Shown here piece by piece: positions 51,701 to 57,764 of a stretch of 64,000 nt of DNA (positions are counted from its first letter, which is position 1; the number at the start of each line of letters is the position of its first letter). Both the position numbers and the translations under genes were made by a program. The DNA is from Pavona decussata. Lineage: Eukaryota. Location of the stretch: positions 558,001 to 622,000 of the forward strand of contig CDRNST010000114.1 in NCBI GenBank assembly GCA_977016875.1, read 5' to 3'. Below the pieces are notes generated by a model. That model was not told where the DNA came from. It did not search any database and saw only the letters and a list, made by a program, of their open reading frames with translations.

Positions 51701-53189
51701 TACAGTGTAACTGTTGTAGGTTAATATGAATCCCAGGTTAAAATGATTTCAACCTACATGTAGGTTGATTTGTATTTTCTTTTGTTTCAGATGTAAATTG
51801 CCCAACCTTAACAAAGGAAAATACAAATCAACCTAGGTTGAGATCATTTTAACCTGGATTCATTTTAACCTTCAACATAACTGCCATGATCATTCAATTA
51901 CTCATTTAAGAATTTTCATGTCAAAAGATAGTCACCATGTATATAACATTCAAAATGACTGATATAACAGACCATGTTAACCACTTAAGAATTTGGTGTG
52001 GCAAAGCAGTAGTATGACGTGTGAGGCTCTGCTACTACTGTGCAGCAAGACACTAGTTAATTATTCATCTGCACAGCAGTAACACCACTTGGTTTCAGAG
52101 TTGATTATGAAATCTGAAACTGGCCTTAATGTTAGATCTGTTGTATAATAAAATAATTAATATTAGGAAATGTAAAGTTCAAGAGATGGGTGCACTACTG
52201 CTTCAATTACTGCAACAAGCAGAACCAAGTTCTTATTTCTATATTTCCAACAATCATTGACAGACATGTTTCACATAAAAATCAATTTCATGGAGCCAGA
52301 TGAAACATTTGCTGAGTTCTATAGCTAAAAATCCCAGATTTAATGTAATTTAATTTCTCTTATTGAAATATAGACAGGAAACATTCACTCTCATTGCTTT
52401 GGAAATTATCCAAAAAAGTACCATGTGCCTTATGAAATTTGAAACCTACCAGGACACAAACTAAAAATGTTCGATTCAACACCTAAACAGTACCTCATCC
52501 ACTTTGTCTGCTTAACAATAATATTACACAACAAAGCGAATAAAACAAAGATCGCTAGTTTATGGTCTTCGTTATATGATTTCCGGAAATAAATGCATAA
52601 GCTTATATCTGTTTCTCGAAAGTGAATTTTTATCGTTATAAAAAAAAACTAAATCATAAACCGTGAAGATAATTTTGCTGTGAAATACTTTTCGTAGCTT
52701 GAACAAACATTTCACATTTTGTCATATTTTTCAATGAGTTTTTAACACCGTTTAAACAAGAGATTCCTTTACTTTCAGCTGCTGATTTGCAAGCTATTGT
52801 ATCAATGATCAAACTCGACAAGTTCGTTGAACTACGATCAATTCGTAAGAAACAAACTGATAAACAAGTCGATGATACCTTAAATACACTTGAAGGATTT
52901 AAACGGCTTAGTGGTGGTGTTTAAAAGAAAAGAAACCAAGCATGTAAACACACGCGACCACTCTTCAATGCGATCAATGAACTTCAAATAACGTCATTTC
53001 AAGCTTTCGAGCATTCGAGAACGACTCGAGAACGCTAACCGGAAACGAAAAGCTGAATTGGTTTTTTGCTATTATTAAAAAAGAAATATATTTCTCAGCA
53101 GGAATTTCAACTGAAAACCACATGAATAACAAATGTCAAGCTTAGGTTAATAAAGTCAGATAGGGTGCACTTACAATCGCGGCAGCCAT
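488..53189 (-). CDS. GCC2: GCC2/GCC185-like GRIP and coiled-coil golgin, 53 coding exons in window, 3'-incomplete (continues off left edge)
   Basis: Phase-consistent GT-AG exon chain, ~7.24 kb CDS. Peptides match my recollection of GCC2 landmarks in the correct order: GKSQLESLPKEDLIKYVKKQ (N-terminus), KMNKFKQVAVKAKKELE, SLMSLEMEDYQ, KMKSVLVKTKKELAEAK, EFESYKTRVHSVLKQQK. Confidence 0.88.
618..694 (-). CDS. GCC2: GCC2-like exon 52
   Basis: 77 nt, TRVHSVLKQQKSKPSPQPVELENSE. Confidence 0.9.
1166..1297 (-). CDS. GCC2: GCC2-like exon 51
   Basis: 132 nt, LRSSTESNRRSVEGLETKLAKVKAEWESSKLAHEATRAEFESYK. Confidence 0.9.
1849..1896 (-). CDS. GCC2: GCC2-like exon 50
   Basis: 48 nt, VEISSLTAESQSYQQQ. 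Confidence 0.82.
2317..2394 (-). CDS. GCC2: GCC2-like exon 49
   Basis: 78 nt, LMEQEVTGSQLKGQLESATQQAEEYK. Confidence 0.88.
2614..2714 (-). CDS. GCC2: GCC2-like exon 48
   Basis: 101 nt, MVDSQRQQAEERALKMKSVLVKTKKELAEAKKQ. Confidence 0.9.
3333..3495 (-). CDS. GCC2: GCC2-like exon 47
   Basis: 163 nt, EANQSSLMSLEMEDYQKSLEALQTKL...DFKAQI. Confidence 0.88.
4144..4308. mobile_element. Palindromic MITE
   Basis: CCAAAATGGCTA / TAGCCATTTTGG and ATTCAAATTAGC / GCTAATTTGAAT inverted pairs. Confidence 0.65.
4347..4460 (-). CDS. GCC2: GCC2-like exon 46
   Basis: 114 nt, LLSKLENSEEDLTEERRRHEETRNQLETTKRQLEAAEK. Confidence 0.88.
4856..4963 (-). CDS. GCC2: GCC2-like exon 45
   Basis: 108 nt, ILKTESDKDGQEIGALENELAATTEELEQVSKENNE. 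Confidence 0.85.
5230..5412 (-). mobile_element. tRNA-derived SINE
   Basis: Minus-strand A/B boxes TAGCTAAGTCGG ... GGTTCGATTCCC followed by a non-tRNA body. Confidence 0.75.
5621..5704 (-). CDS. GCC2: GCC2-like exon 44
   Basis: 84 nt, VVERERTDSKAEQEKLNTQIQEFIKEVE. Confidence 0.82.
5873..6028. mobile_element. Palindromic MITE, same family as 20688-20832
   Basis: ATATCAAAC...CCAAACACC...TGCGCCTCGTTTTT...GTGTTTGATAT. Confidence 0.7.
6462..6582 (-). CDS. GCC2: GCC2-like exon 43
   Basis: SSDSVTQIEEELANARQGAEKLSIENESLSKNYEALLK(AR); a GC donor giving an exon end at 6468 is likely. Confidence 0.8.
6881..6936 (-). CDS. GCC2: GCC2-like exon 42
   Basis: 56 nt, ELQNQLSKLQEELETEKS, ends phase 2. Confidence 0.85.
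7367..7489 (-). CDS. GCC2: GCC2-like exon 41
   Basis: 123 nt, WKEEKDELSSTIEGLKEDAQTLNEQFVKQQEETLKQTSEYQ. Confidence 0.85.
7612..8005. mobile_element. MITE with ~55-bp TIRs (PIF/Harbinger-like)
   Basis: GGCCCTATTTACATGGAGGGAGGAAGATC... mirrors ...GATCTTCCTCCCTCCAAGTGAACAGCCC; internal CTAG-rich subrepeats. Confidence 0.8.
8577..8677 (-). CDS. GCC2: GCC2-like exon 40
   Basis: SLVRESKEKDDKMNKFKQVAVKAKKELETQKKQ (GCC2 landmark). Confidence 0.9.
9593..11333 (-). CDS. GCC2: GCC2-like exon 39 (large 1741-nt coiled-coil exon)
   Basis: Lies within ORF 9501..11354; E/K/L/Q-rich heptads; CAG acceptor, phase-1 GT donor that fits exon 40. Confidence 0.92.
11670..11777 (-). CDS. GCC2: GCC2-like exon 38
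   Basis: 108 nt, DLSGRLAEVQSGQLSTESQHYQQLSDLQEINSGLQQ. Confidence 0.82.
12297..12380 (-). CDS. GCC2: GCC2-like exon 37
   Basis: 84 nt, ELNDYVEQLHEELDDLHVQFDALSKEHK. Confidence 0.85.
14123..14206 (-). CDS. GCC2: GCC2-like exon 36
   Basis: 84 nt, HQEAEIEELFRTQDDLQAKYNDELREKK. Confidence 0.85.
15812..15895 (-). CDS. GCC2: GCC2-like exon 35
   Basis: 84 nt, ESRQEIQELENKIKQLSKDLNDANDEKA. Confidence 0.85.
16400..16838 (+). mobile_element. Degenerate LINE 3' end
   Basis: SFRYFAAKTWNALPDSIRT...EF, then T-rich 3' UTR and AATAAA at ~16829. Confidence 0.7.
16845..17115 (-). mobile_element. Degenerate LINE 3' end (opposite orientation)
   Basis: CTVFMSIFPKSISDWTTL resembles the RT C-terminal FFP..I..WN.L motif; followed by 3' UTR-like sequence. 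Confidence 0.55.
17495..17599 (-). CDS. GCC2: GCC2-like exon 34
   Basis: 105 nt, DLRQQLSMAQNDNEQAKQSLVIAEEQHKTLNTKLE. Confidence 0.85.
18991..19035 (-). CDS. GCC2: GCC2-like exon 33
   Basis: 45 nt, SVFSKRMKELELKQR, TAG/GTAATG. Confidence 0.6.
19253..19357 (-). CDS. GCC2: GCC2-like exon 32
   Basis: 105 nt, ALNAQLLSLSQEKGTLLNELIALQDNFLQEQSTTT. Confidence 0.78.
20158..20262 (-). CDS. GCC2: GCC2-like exon 31
   Basis: 105 nt, DLKNQFAALAEENISLESHFKNLRSALQTAEETEE. Confidence 0.82.
20389..20493 (-). CDS. GCC2: GCC2-like exon 30
   Basis: 105 nt, DLERKLATVSEEKVALEAKIKTAEEQLKGAEENNK. Confidence 0.85.
20688..20832. mobile_element. Palindromic MITE (related copy at ~5873-6028)
   Basis: ATATCAAACAC..GTTTCATCAGATATCCAAACA mirrors TGTTTGGATATCTGATGAAAC..GTGTTTGATAT. 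Confidence 0.8.
21236..21322 (-). CDS. GCC2: GCC2-like exon 29
   Basis: 87 nt, DLDMKLTTFQEQAKTVENGKDQEYEQRNK. Confidence 0.78.
21496..22249. mobile_element. CAGT...ACTG MITE (Tc1/mariner-like) carrying a nested element at 21510-21906
   Basis: CAGTCGAACCTCCCTT / AAGGGGAGTTCGACTG ends; host sequence interrupted at its TTAA. Confidence 0.75.
22460..22564 (-). CDS. GCC2: GCC2-like exon 28
   Basis: 105 nt, ELEQSLLVKEEELRKIQSKAAEMEQDLNTALQEKQ. Confidence 0.85.
23849..23953 (-). CDS. GCC2: GCC2-like exon 27
   Basis: 105 nt, DQSKALQESVQNNEHLENRIQSLEEMTRNGEDVNK. Confidence 0.85.
24492..24596 (-). CDS. GCC2: GCC2-like exon 26
   Basis: 105 nt, ELWDQIKSASSEDSKLQGMVESLEKMLHDSEGKYQ. Confidence 0.85.
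24640..24803 (-). mobile_element. tRNA-derived SINE with 10-bp TSD
   Basis: TAGCTCAGTGGTAG...GGTTCGACTCC on minus strand; CTAGTAGATG at 24630-24639 and 24804-24813. Confidence 0.8.
25032..25241 (-). CDS. GCC2: GCC2-like exon 25
   Basis: 210 nt, ELTSSLEIFTQERNDLR...LKTADKEKQ. Confidence 0.88.
25805..26014 (-). CDS. GCC2: GCC2-like exon 24
   Basis: 210 nt, ELNVKLINATQEKEDLL...LETLEKEKQ. Confidence 0.88.
26098..26300 (+). mobile_element. tRNA-derived SINE (internally deleted)
   Basis: TAGCACAGTAGGGAGAGCAC...GGTTCGATTCC head, then body. Confidence 0.75.
26395..26604 (-). CDS. GCC2: GCC2-like exon 23
   Basis: 210 nt, ELQQKIEDISRDRDELL...LQVEQKEKE. Confidence 0.88.
27269..27373 (-). CDS. GCC2: GCC2-like exon 22
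   Basis: 105 nt, DNQKKLEKLVAERGKLQKALKSAEEGRNEVLKQNQ. Confidence 0.85.
27505..27841. repeat. 106-bp tandem repeat, ~3 copies
   Basis: AAAGCTACTGAG recurs at 27521, 27627 and 27733 (period 106). Confidence 0.95.
27882..28128. mobile_element. MITE
   Basis: CCTGGCCCCAGCTGTTCAAAGGCCGGATAACTTTATCC mirrors GGATAAAGTTATCCGGCCTTTGAACAACTGGACCCTGG. Confidence 0.85.
28165..28281 (-). CDS. GCC2: GCC2-like exon 21
   Basis: 117 nt, DGQKQLQFAQSERNKVQSAYDALKKQWEEHFTTCGKGNK. Confidence 0.8.
28530..28704. mobile_element. MITE
   Basis: AGAGTGTTTTCACATGACGT / CACGTGAATGAAAACGCTCT ends; duplicated CCATGTTGGTGTCC. Confidence 0.75.
28748..28888. mobile_element. Palindromic MITE
   Basis: CCCATTTTACAGTTGTGT..GACCTGGCC mirrors GGCCAGGTC..ACACAACTGTAAATGGG. 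Confidence 0.8.
28907..29176 (-). CDS. GCC2: GCC2-like exon 20
   Basis: 270 nt, DVKEIEVLTAEKKDLAKSVSDLQEKL...ELKTETDKNK. Confidence 0.88.
29684..29779 (-). CDS. GCC2: GCC2-like exon 19
   Basis: MLKGQLEDLSSAIKETGKNPEQTTQNSEEQ(AR); exon ends at 29684 with a GT donor or at 29690 with a GC donor. Confidence 0.75.
30780..31545 (-). mobile_element. 5'-truncated LINE (CR1/L2-like RT C-terminus plus 3' UTR)
   Basis: KVLGVTIQSNLKWDSHV...KASKRLHILR...IRSVLEYCCPV...ERVQKRALRII...TERFEKSFFP. Confidence 0.9.
31700..32905. mobile_element. Repeat element with internal direct repeats, (CGACTGAT)n and terminal hairpin; possibly Helitron/Helentron-like non-autonomous
   Basis: CCATTCTT..ACT..AAATG.T.GTCAAATTATTCT.TACA at ~31749, ~32483 and ~32662; AACTCGT...ACGAGTT stem at 32865-32900. 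Confidence 0.45.
33030..33134 (-). CDS. GCC2: GCC2-like exon 18
   Basis: 105 nt, AAKKQLECVVFEKDELSLSLKSFQEEHNKVLQQNE. Confidence 0.85.
33873..34005. mobile_element. MITE, shorter member of the 27882-28128 family
   Basis: GTTGTTCAAAGAGCGGATAACTT / AAGTTATCAGCTCTTTGAACAAC TIRs. Confidence 0.8.
34243..34347 (-). CDS. GCC2: GCC2-like exon 17
   Basis: 105 nt, ETAEEFEKLFVENEVLKDSVSGLQQQYRSVSESSE. Confidence 0.8.
35085..35189 (-). CDS. GCC2: GCC2-like exon 16
   Basis: 105 nt, ELRKTLSVVKIEKEDIEAALNDSRKELQALEQKNK. Confidence 0.85.
35540..35775 (+). mobile_element. SINE body fragment with internal duplication and (CAT)n tail
   Basis: CACCCAGGTGTA...GGGTAACCCTGTGATGGACTAGCATCCCATCCAGGGGGAG..ATACTCCTA...GACTTTACC. 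Confidence 0.75.
36018..36083 (-). CDS. GCC2: GCC2-like exon 15
   Basis: 66 nt, RLKNKLKDMSSSQEDLSKMPVK. Confidence 0.75.
36663..36712. repeat. (TTA)n microsatellite
   Basis: ~16 perfect TTA units. Confidence 0.95.
36844..37074. other. Assembly gap (N run)
   Basis: 231 consecutive N. Confidence 1.
37273..37356 (-). CDS. GCC2: GCC2-like exon 14
   Basis: 84 nt, ELGDQLNKVKAEKEKALKSLKTLKVNHD. Confidence 0.85.
38736..38810 (-). CDS. GCC2: GCC2-like exon 13
   Basis: 75 nt, SHQQEVEEGLDTAVKENEENKFYVK. Confidence 0.75.
39161..39580. mobile_element. MITE with TIRs
   Basis: AAGCAGCCTTCACACGGCAAACTT / AAGTTTGCCGTGTGAAGGCCGCTT. Confidence 0.85.
40414..40518 (-). CDS. GCC2: GCC2-like exon 12
   Basis: 105 nt, LLRSDLELARIESEHLRNALETMRTDYEGREAAAR. 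Confidence 0.85.
41749..41916 (-). CDS. GCC2: GCC2-like exon 11
   Basis: 168 nt, DLKAQLQKLSVEKNECQSKLDQL...ANEELKEKNE. Confidence 0.85.
42365..42746. mobile_element. MITE (TAGGGAG...CTCCCTA)
   Basis: TAGGGAGTTT..AGCAACGACGACGGCAAC mirrors GTTGCCGTTGTTGTTGCTTAAGCTCCCTA. Confidence 0.85.
42842..42946 (-). CDS. GCC2: GCC2-like exon 10
   Basis: 105 nt, LQDKVAKLMEEKEELVKALEVSGDSNSERAELEIR. Confidence 0.85.
44097..44180 (-). CDS. GCC2: GCC2-like exon 9
   Basis: 84 nt, ELEMKIDSAKSQQSTNVENTDSVVAMSE. Confidence 0.8.
44963..45046 (-). CDS. GCC2: GCC2-like exon 8
   Basis: 84 nt, ELQLEKEKSQDTLTKLEQEKWQLLENCK. Confidence 0.85.
45426..45521 (-). CDS. GCC2: GCC2-like exon 7
   Basis: 96 nt, KYKDALELQALQEDKTQEQLKRDNQDLLQKIQ; acceptor has a weak pyrimidine tract. 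Confidence 0.7.
45629..46403. mobile_element. CAG...CTG MITE with TA flanks (Tc1/mariner-like)
   Basis: TA-CAGCGGAAGCTCTC ... GAGGGTTTCCACTG-TA; internal CGGACA/TAAGC subrepeats. Confidence 0.7.
46452..46556 (-). CDS. GCC2: GCC2-like exon 6
   Basis: 105 nt phase 0, EFEEDISAVVMERDGLQQSLRVLQEEYQTVVKEAK. Confidence 0.85.
47098..47220 (-). CDS. GCC2: GCC2-like exon 5 (CC1-box-like)
   Basis: 123 nt, ILKKNQELKMAAELGRKMLEENDGLRGMYSELEHEHEKTVK. Confidence 0.85.
47623..48187. mobile_element. CAGT...ACTG MITE with TA TSD (Tc1/mariner-like)
   Basis: TA-CAGTCGAACCTCC ... GGAGAGGTTCAACTG-TA; ACGGCCACCTCTCC subrepeats. Confidence 0.85.
48818..48927 (-). CDS. GCC2: GCC2-like exon 4
   Basis: phase 1 to 0, LSSHLEEERNEVQRLENEKREWLSRGVHAEFEKKDK. 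Confidence 0.85.
49645..49729 (-). CDS. GCC2: GCC2-like exon 3 (conserved N-terminal motif)
   Basis: LESLPKEDLIKYVKKQLALLKQTKAKCE, ends phase 1. Confidence 0.92.
50203..50882 (+). mobile_element. 5'-truncated L1/Tx1-like LINE 3' end (zf-RVT) with poly(A) and TSD
   Basis: FQYK.LH.I...C.LC....H.L..C....FW motif; poly(A) at ~50873; ATTAATAYTGCTATG at 50188-50202 and 50883-50897. Confidence 0.85.
51254..51343 (-). CDS. GCC2: GCC2-like exon 2
   Basis: CAG/GTATG, 90 nt, NDTDPLGVTKGVKKEGSSGTTPMKPQGKSQ. Confidence 0.8.
51575..51695 (+). mobile_element. tRNA-derived SINE fragment
   Basis: TAGCTCAGGTGGTAGAGCAC...GGGTTTGGATTC. Confidence 0.7.
51713..51878. mobile_element. Palindromic MITE/hairpin
   Basis: TGTTGTAGGTTAATATGAATCCCAGGTTAAAATGAT mirrors ATCATTTTAACCTGGATTCATTTTAACCTTCAACA. 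Confidence 0.8.
53175..53189 (-). CDS. GCC2: GCC2-like exon 1 (MAAAI)
   Basis: AAATGGCT start context followed by donor GTAAGT, phase 0, compatible with exon 2. Confidence 0.6.
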
Positions 53190-53627
53190 TTATCACATCA
53201 GAGATTGCGCGTTTCGAGACAGTTGCCTCCAAATTTCGGTGATCCTCGCACGAAACCACGACCACAAAAAAATCCCTTTTGCTCCTGTTTCCATGCAAAA
53301 TGTTACTGCACAGGCTCCATTAGTTTTTGTTCCTTTCTCTCAGAAAGACAACACGCAGTTCCCGGTGTTTTGTATTGGAACGAAACTCCACGTCAATGTT
53401 GAGCCGCTGTATTAAGCGGACTAAGGAGAATTGCCGAAAAATATGCGCATTATATATTTGCGCATGTAGACGTGTCTGGCCTCGTTATGGCGCTGTGGTC
53501 GGGAGGACACTGGAACCAAACAGCGGGAAATTTCCTTCATGAGGAAATGTTGTGTTTGTTGCAAGGTAGCAGAAGATTCTCCTTTAGTTTTCTTCGGATT
53601 TTGCCGTCGAAAGCTGGAAATAAGACA
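53190..53627. promoter_or_regulatory. Putative bidirectional promoter between GCC2-like and TREX-like genes
   Basis: Divergent start codons ~440 nt apart; relatively CpG-rich; TGCGCAT motifs at ~53444 and ~53460. Confidence 0.6.
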
Positions 53628-54398
53628 ATGATAGGTGCCTCACAGTTTTCAACATTTATCTTCCTCGATCTTGAGACCACTGGATTACAAAAACCCGTGG
53701 AAATTACCGAACTCAGCATGATAGCTGTAGAACGAAAGCACATAATCGAAAGTTCAATGACGAAGACTACTCCTCGTTTACTCGACAAGTTTACAACTTG
53801 TGTCCGACCTACTAAAGAGATCGGCTGGTTTGCCTCTTCGTTGACTTGTCTATCAAATGAAGATCTTGAAAACAGGAAGGTTTTTGACATCGAGCTCGGA
53901 AAAATCGTCCGATCTTTCATCATGAGACAAGCTCAACCGGTTTGTTTGGTGGCTCACAATGGCGATAGTTTTGACTTCAAAATTCTTGTTTCTGGACTGG
54001 AAGCTGTGGGAATAACATTGTCTGAGAGCGTACAAGCCTCTGATTCGCTCAAAGCTTTCAGAAAGCAACACAAGGAATCTAAAGATAACTTAAATAATGA
54101 TGGTAACGGTGCAGCTACGGCTGGTGAAGGAAAACGATTTTCTTGCTCGTTGAGTAATTTGTACAACACTTTTGTTGGGGGTGAATTTGAGAACGCCCAC
54201 AGTGCCGAAGGAGACGCCTTGGCTTTGTTACGTCTCGTTGTTCATAAACCAGATATCATGGAGTATTTAGGAAATGGAGCTCATAAATTGTTTTGCCATA
54301 ACAGTGGAGAAAAGTCGACATCACAGCAACAGAAAGTGACTTTGAATGAAAAGGATATTAAATTAACCAAGTGCAGGATGAATACTTTTCACAGTTAG
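53628..54398 (+). CDS. TREX1: Three-prime repair exonuclease (TREX1/TREX2 family, DEDDh), intronless, 256 aa
   Basis: Exo I FLDLETTGL..EITEL, PRLLDK, RQAQPVCLVAHNGDSFDF (Exo II), SLSNLY, AHSAEGDALALL (Exo III). The ATG at 53628 sits just before Exo I, as in TREX proteins. Confidence 0.9.
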   Translation: MIGASQFSTFIFLDLETTGLQKPVEITELSMIAVERKHIIESSMTKTTPRLLDKFTTCVRPTKEIGWFASSLTCLSNEDLENRKVFDIELGKIVRSFIMRQAQPVCLVAHNGDSFDFKILVSGLEAVGITLSESVQASDSLKAFRKQHKESKDNLNNDGNGAATAGEGKRFSCSLSNLYNTFVGGEFENAHSAEGDALALLRLVVHKPDIMEYLGNGAHKLFCHNSGEKSTSQQQKVTLNEKDIKLTKCRMNTFHS

Positions 54399-54680
54399 AA
54401 AAAGAAGGACTTTTATGATTTAATTGAATTGGTTCATCAACTCCCTGCCAGTAATAGGTTATTTTATTTTTTATTTCCATGTTATCAATCATCTGTATAC
54501 ATGTAGGTTGATTGTGTTGCCACCATGTTAGTGCCAAAACAAAAGAAAATTTGCTCACATAGTTCGCATAAAAATGGAAGTTAACTCCCAGAGGAGAAAA
54601 ATCTTATTGTTCCTAACCACCAACATGGGCACCATGACGTAATGTGCAATGGACCTCTTGCGTACGTGAGACAACTTTAA

Positions 54681-54954
54681 GGGCGATTTACATGGCACGA
54701 CTTTGTCGCATGCGACAGGCCTACAACACGAATTGTTTTGTGTAAATCAAACCTACAACTTGCTTACGACTTTCGTGTACGACGCAAAAAATGGCGTAGG
54801 ATTTTAAAACATGTAAAATCCTATGACAATCGTAGAGATAGGCAATGTTGAGTGACGAGAGTTGTGTGCGATTTTTTGCATAACGCAAGCAGCGCGTGCT
54901 CTAGAAATCGCTTACGACAGTCGTAAGCAAAAGTTGTACCGTCTAAATCAGCCT
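54681..54954. mobile_element. MITE (Harbinger-like)
   Basis: GGCGATTTACATGGCACGACTTTG / CAAAAGTTGTACCGTCTAAATCAGCC. Confidence 0.75.
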
Positions 54955-55249
54955 TTAGCGAGTCTTCAAAACCATTGACCTATTAAATGGTTGATAACAC
55001 ATCACGTGCAGTGGTTTTAAAACCCAATAAAACCTCCTCCTTATTAGTATGCGGTGTTTAATGTTTTTCTCACATGCTAATTTCCAACGTTCACAAAAGC
55101 ATCATTGTTATGAACTCTCTTGACACACGCTTTTCCAGGAATGTTTTTAAAGCCATTCAAAAAACTTGCAGCCTGCACGTGTTTTATCGGGTCTTAAACC
55201 ACACGGCTGTGCCTTGTGGTTTTAAATCCCGATAAAACACTGCTGCTCA

Positions 55250-55880
55250 AACATACATACATAAACTTTATTTAAACTCGAATTATCAGAGTAGCTCTAT
55301 TAAGCTAATATCTTCAAGAAAGAAATACATAAATAAAATAAATTATTGAAATACAATGATTAAAAATACTACAAATATAATAATTAAAACAAATACTATA
55401 AGCTTTATGGCTGTCTTAAAATCTTTAAATGATGTTATTGTTCTCATACTGTCTGGGAGCGAGTTCCACATTTTTGCAGCTTGATATCGGATGCATTCAA
55501 GTCCATAATTAGTTGTTCTTGGTATAGGTAAGGTCAAGATATTCTTTCCTCTTAATGAATAACTGGAGTTACGGAAAACAAATAGTTCTTTTAGGTATCC
55601 AGGATATGTAGAAACAAATAAGCTCTTGAAAACTACCATAAGAATTTTGTGAAGTCTTCCATTGTATAATGATACTGTCTTTGCTTTCTTTAACAGTTCA
55701 TCGTAACCAGACAATGAATCTTTAAAAATAAATCGTAAAATACTTTTGTTCAAAGACTCCAGTTTATCATAATTTCTGGTGCCAGAAAAATGCCAAATAA
55801 GAGAGCAATAATAAAAGTGTGGTAGGATAAAAGCCTTGTATAGACGTAGCATAACCTTACTAGTAATGATGTTTTTAAAT
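55250..55880 (-). mobile_element. 5'-truncated LINE (CR1/L2-like RT C-terminus)
   Basis: LYKAFILPHFYYCSLIWH...YSLRG...TTNYG..IRYQAAKMWNSLP; (TATG)n tail at ~55250. Confidence 0.88.
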
Positions 55881-56224
55881 CTAAACTCGTAATTAAACAT
55901 TGCTTTATATGAAATTTCGTTACAGTGACAAAGTTGACCCTACCTAATTATTCATAATGATTTTGAAATATTTAAATCCTCATTTCCCCTTCTTTTTTAT
56001 ACCTTTGTTTAATTTGACTATGGTCAAACTTTATTGAAACTTGCCTCCTTTGATTCTTGTTTTACTCCAGTAAATGTTTTTTTGGAAAACAAATGTCATA
56101 TCACTCTAGTTAGAGTTGTTCTATCACTATGTCTTTATGTATAATTGATTTTCTTTCCTTTATTTAATCGCTGTAGGACTATCTAATTTAAATTTCACTT
56201 GATGTAAATGGTAATGATAATGTT

Positions 56225-56657
56225 ATTTATATACCGCGGCATTCTCTATTTACGTATTCAAATGCGGTTTTTCTCGTACATTACTTCAGTGCAAGGGTGA
56301 GATTGGACATCAGCATATGTCCATTAGCGACCTCATCCAACCCACCCAACCCATGAAATCATGAAATAGCACAAAGAACAGACCAGCATACTGGGAACTC
56401 CATGCCCTACTCTTTGCGATTAGTGTGTGGGTTCTTTAATGTCCCACAGGGTTATGAACATTGAGGTGTTGTGAGACGGTTTATCATCCTTATCCGAGAA
56501 GACTAGAAAGTCCAACTATTTGCAGATGTCATTACAAAGGCAACACTTTCTCCTCAGTTATTTAAAGACCTTGAGCGTTGGTCCGGGCCGGGTTTGAACC
56601 CACGACCTCCTGCACGGTAGTCCGATGCTCAACCAACTGAGTCAACTGGTCGGCGGT
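56225..56657 (-). mobile_element. tRNA-derived SINE (near full length)
   Basis: Minus-strand head TCAGTTGGTTGAGC...GGGTTCAAACCC; ~350-nt body. Confidence 0.78.
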
Positions 56658-56971
56658 AAATAAATGTGCAATAATAAACTGTAAATAAATTGTAAACCCC
56701 AGAACTGGAGTTCAAATAAAAATATGCACATTTTATTTTGGGCTCTCTTGTCTCACCCAACCTGAACACCTAAAAGAGCACATGAAGTTTGGTTATAGAC
56801 CGCAAGCAGTCAAAAATCCACAGGGAAGAAAGCAAAAAAATGAGCGAGCATGATATTAGAGGGGCGAAGTCGCAAGCAATGCAGATCTCCAGCGCCCATG
56901 CTATTTGTAGCTCGTGGCTTCTTTCCCGCAGATTTTCAAGCAAAAGAGAGACCGGACGCAGTCTAGTTTGA

Positions 56972-57338
56972 TTAAGGAAAGGCCCTACTTTTGTTACTGA
57001 GGATACGTTCTGCGCATCTCCAGATACTCGGGTTTCCTATGGGTGGTGCCTATAAATACAGGGATATTAATGCATGGTTTAAAATTATGCGGAGAAAGCA
57101 GAACTTAGCAAGTGCTCTTGGTATTCGAAAAGAAAATTTAGGGTAACCGTGCATTTTTCAGAGATAATAAAGCTTCAATTTGGAATAAAAAAAATGCAAT
57201 ACATTGCTATGTATTTTTCTGTTTTTCAGCATACCAGTAATTGTTGCTTAATTTCAATAGCCTTTGCTAAGATCTGCTTTCCCCACGTAGAGATAAACCA
57301 CACAAAAATACTTCTTTATCAGTAGGCACCATCCTTAA
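56972..57338. mobile_element. TTAA-flanked MITE (Kolobok/piggyBac-like)
   Basis: TTAA-GGAAAGGCCCTACT ... AGTAGGCACCATCC-TTAA. Confidence 0.7.
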
Positions 57339-57764
57339 GGCAAGGCAAAGCTCCACACAAGCCACGGGTAGCCCACTCAAAATTTAAGAAGCGCTGATTT
57401 TCATTTTCCAGTTTAATTTTTGTTTTTTGTTAGATATGAGTAAGATTGAATAATATTTGGCAGTAAGCTACAACTGCAGATAAAAATGTTGACTTTGCCA
57501 TCACATGCAGTACAGTTGTGCAACATATAACAGTAAAATCCTTTCAGATCAGGGTTTGGCTAATAATGAATTTGATAACTTTGAAAAGTTAACAGAACTG
57601 ATGAGACAAAGTGGTAGGCAAGTAACAACCGGTTGAGAGAAACCTTTTGATCTGTTTTGGGTGATAAGATTTTTTTAAACCGAAATATTACGTTTCTATA
57701 AATCTATCTCCTGGTTGTTGACTCAAATATTGAGTACTGCAGGATGTTCTTCAGAGTTACTTTC

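Noticed and set aside
52494-52510. GCC2 micro-exon (GAG|GTACT donor)
   Set aside because: Available acceptors give 14 or 17 nt, incompatible with phase-0 exons 1 and 2.
53472-53627. N-terminal extension of the TREX ORF (308 aa in the track)
   Set aside because: Starts at GTG; family homology begins just after the ATG at 53628. Upstream in-frame ATGs cannot be fully excluded.
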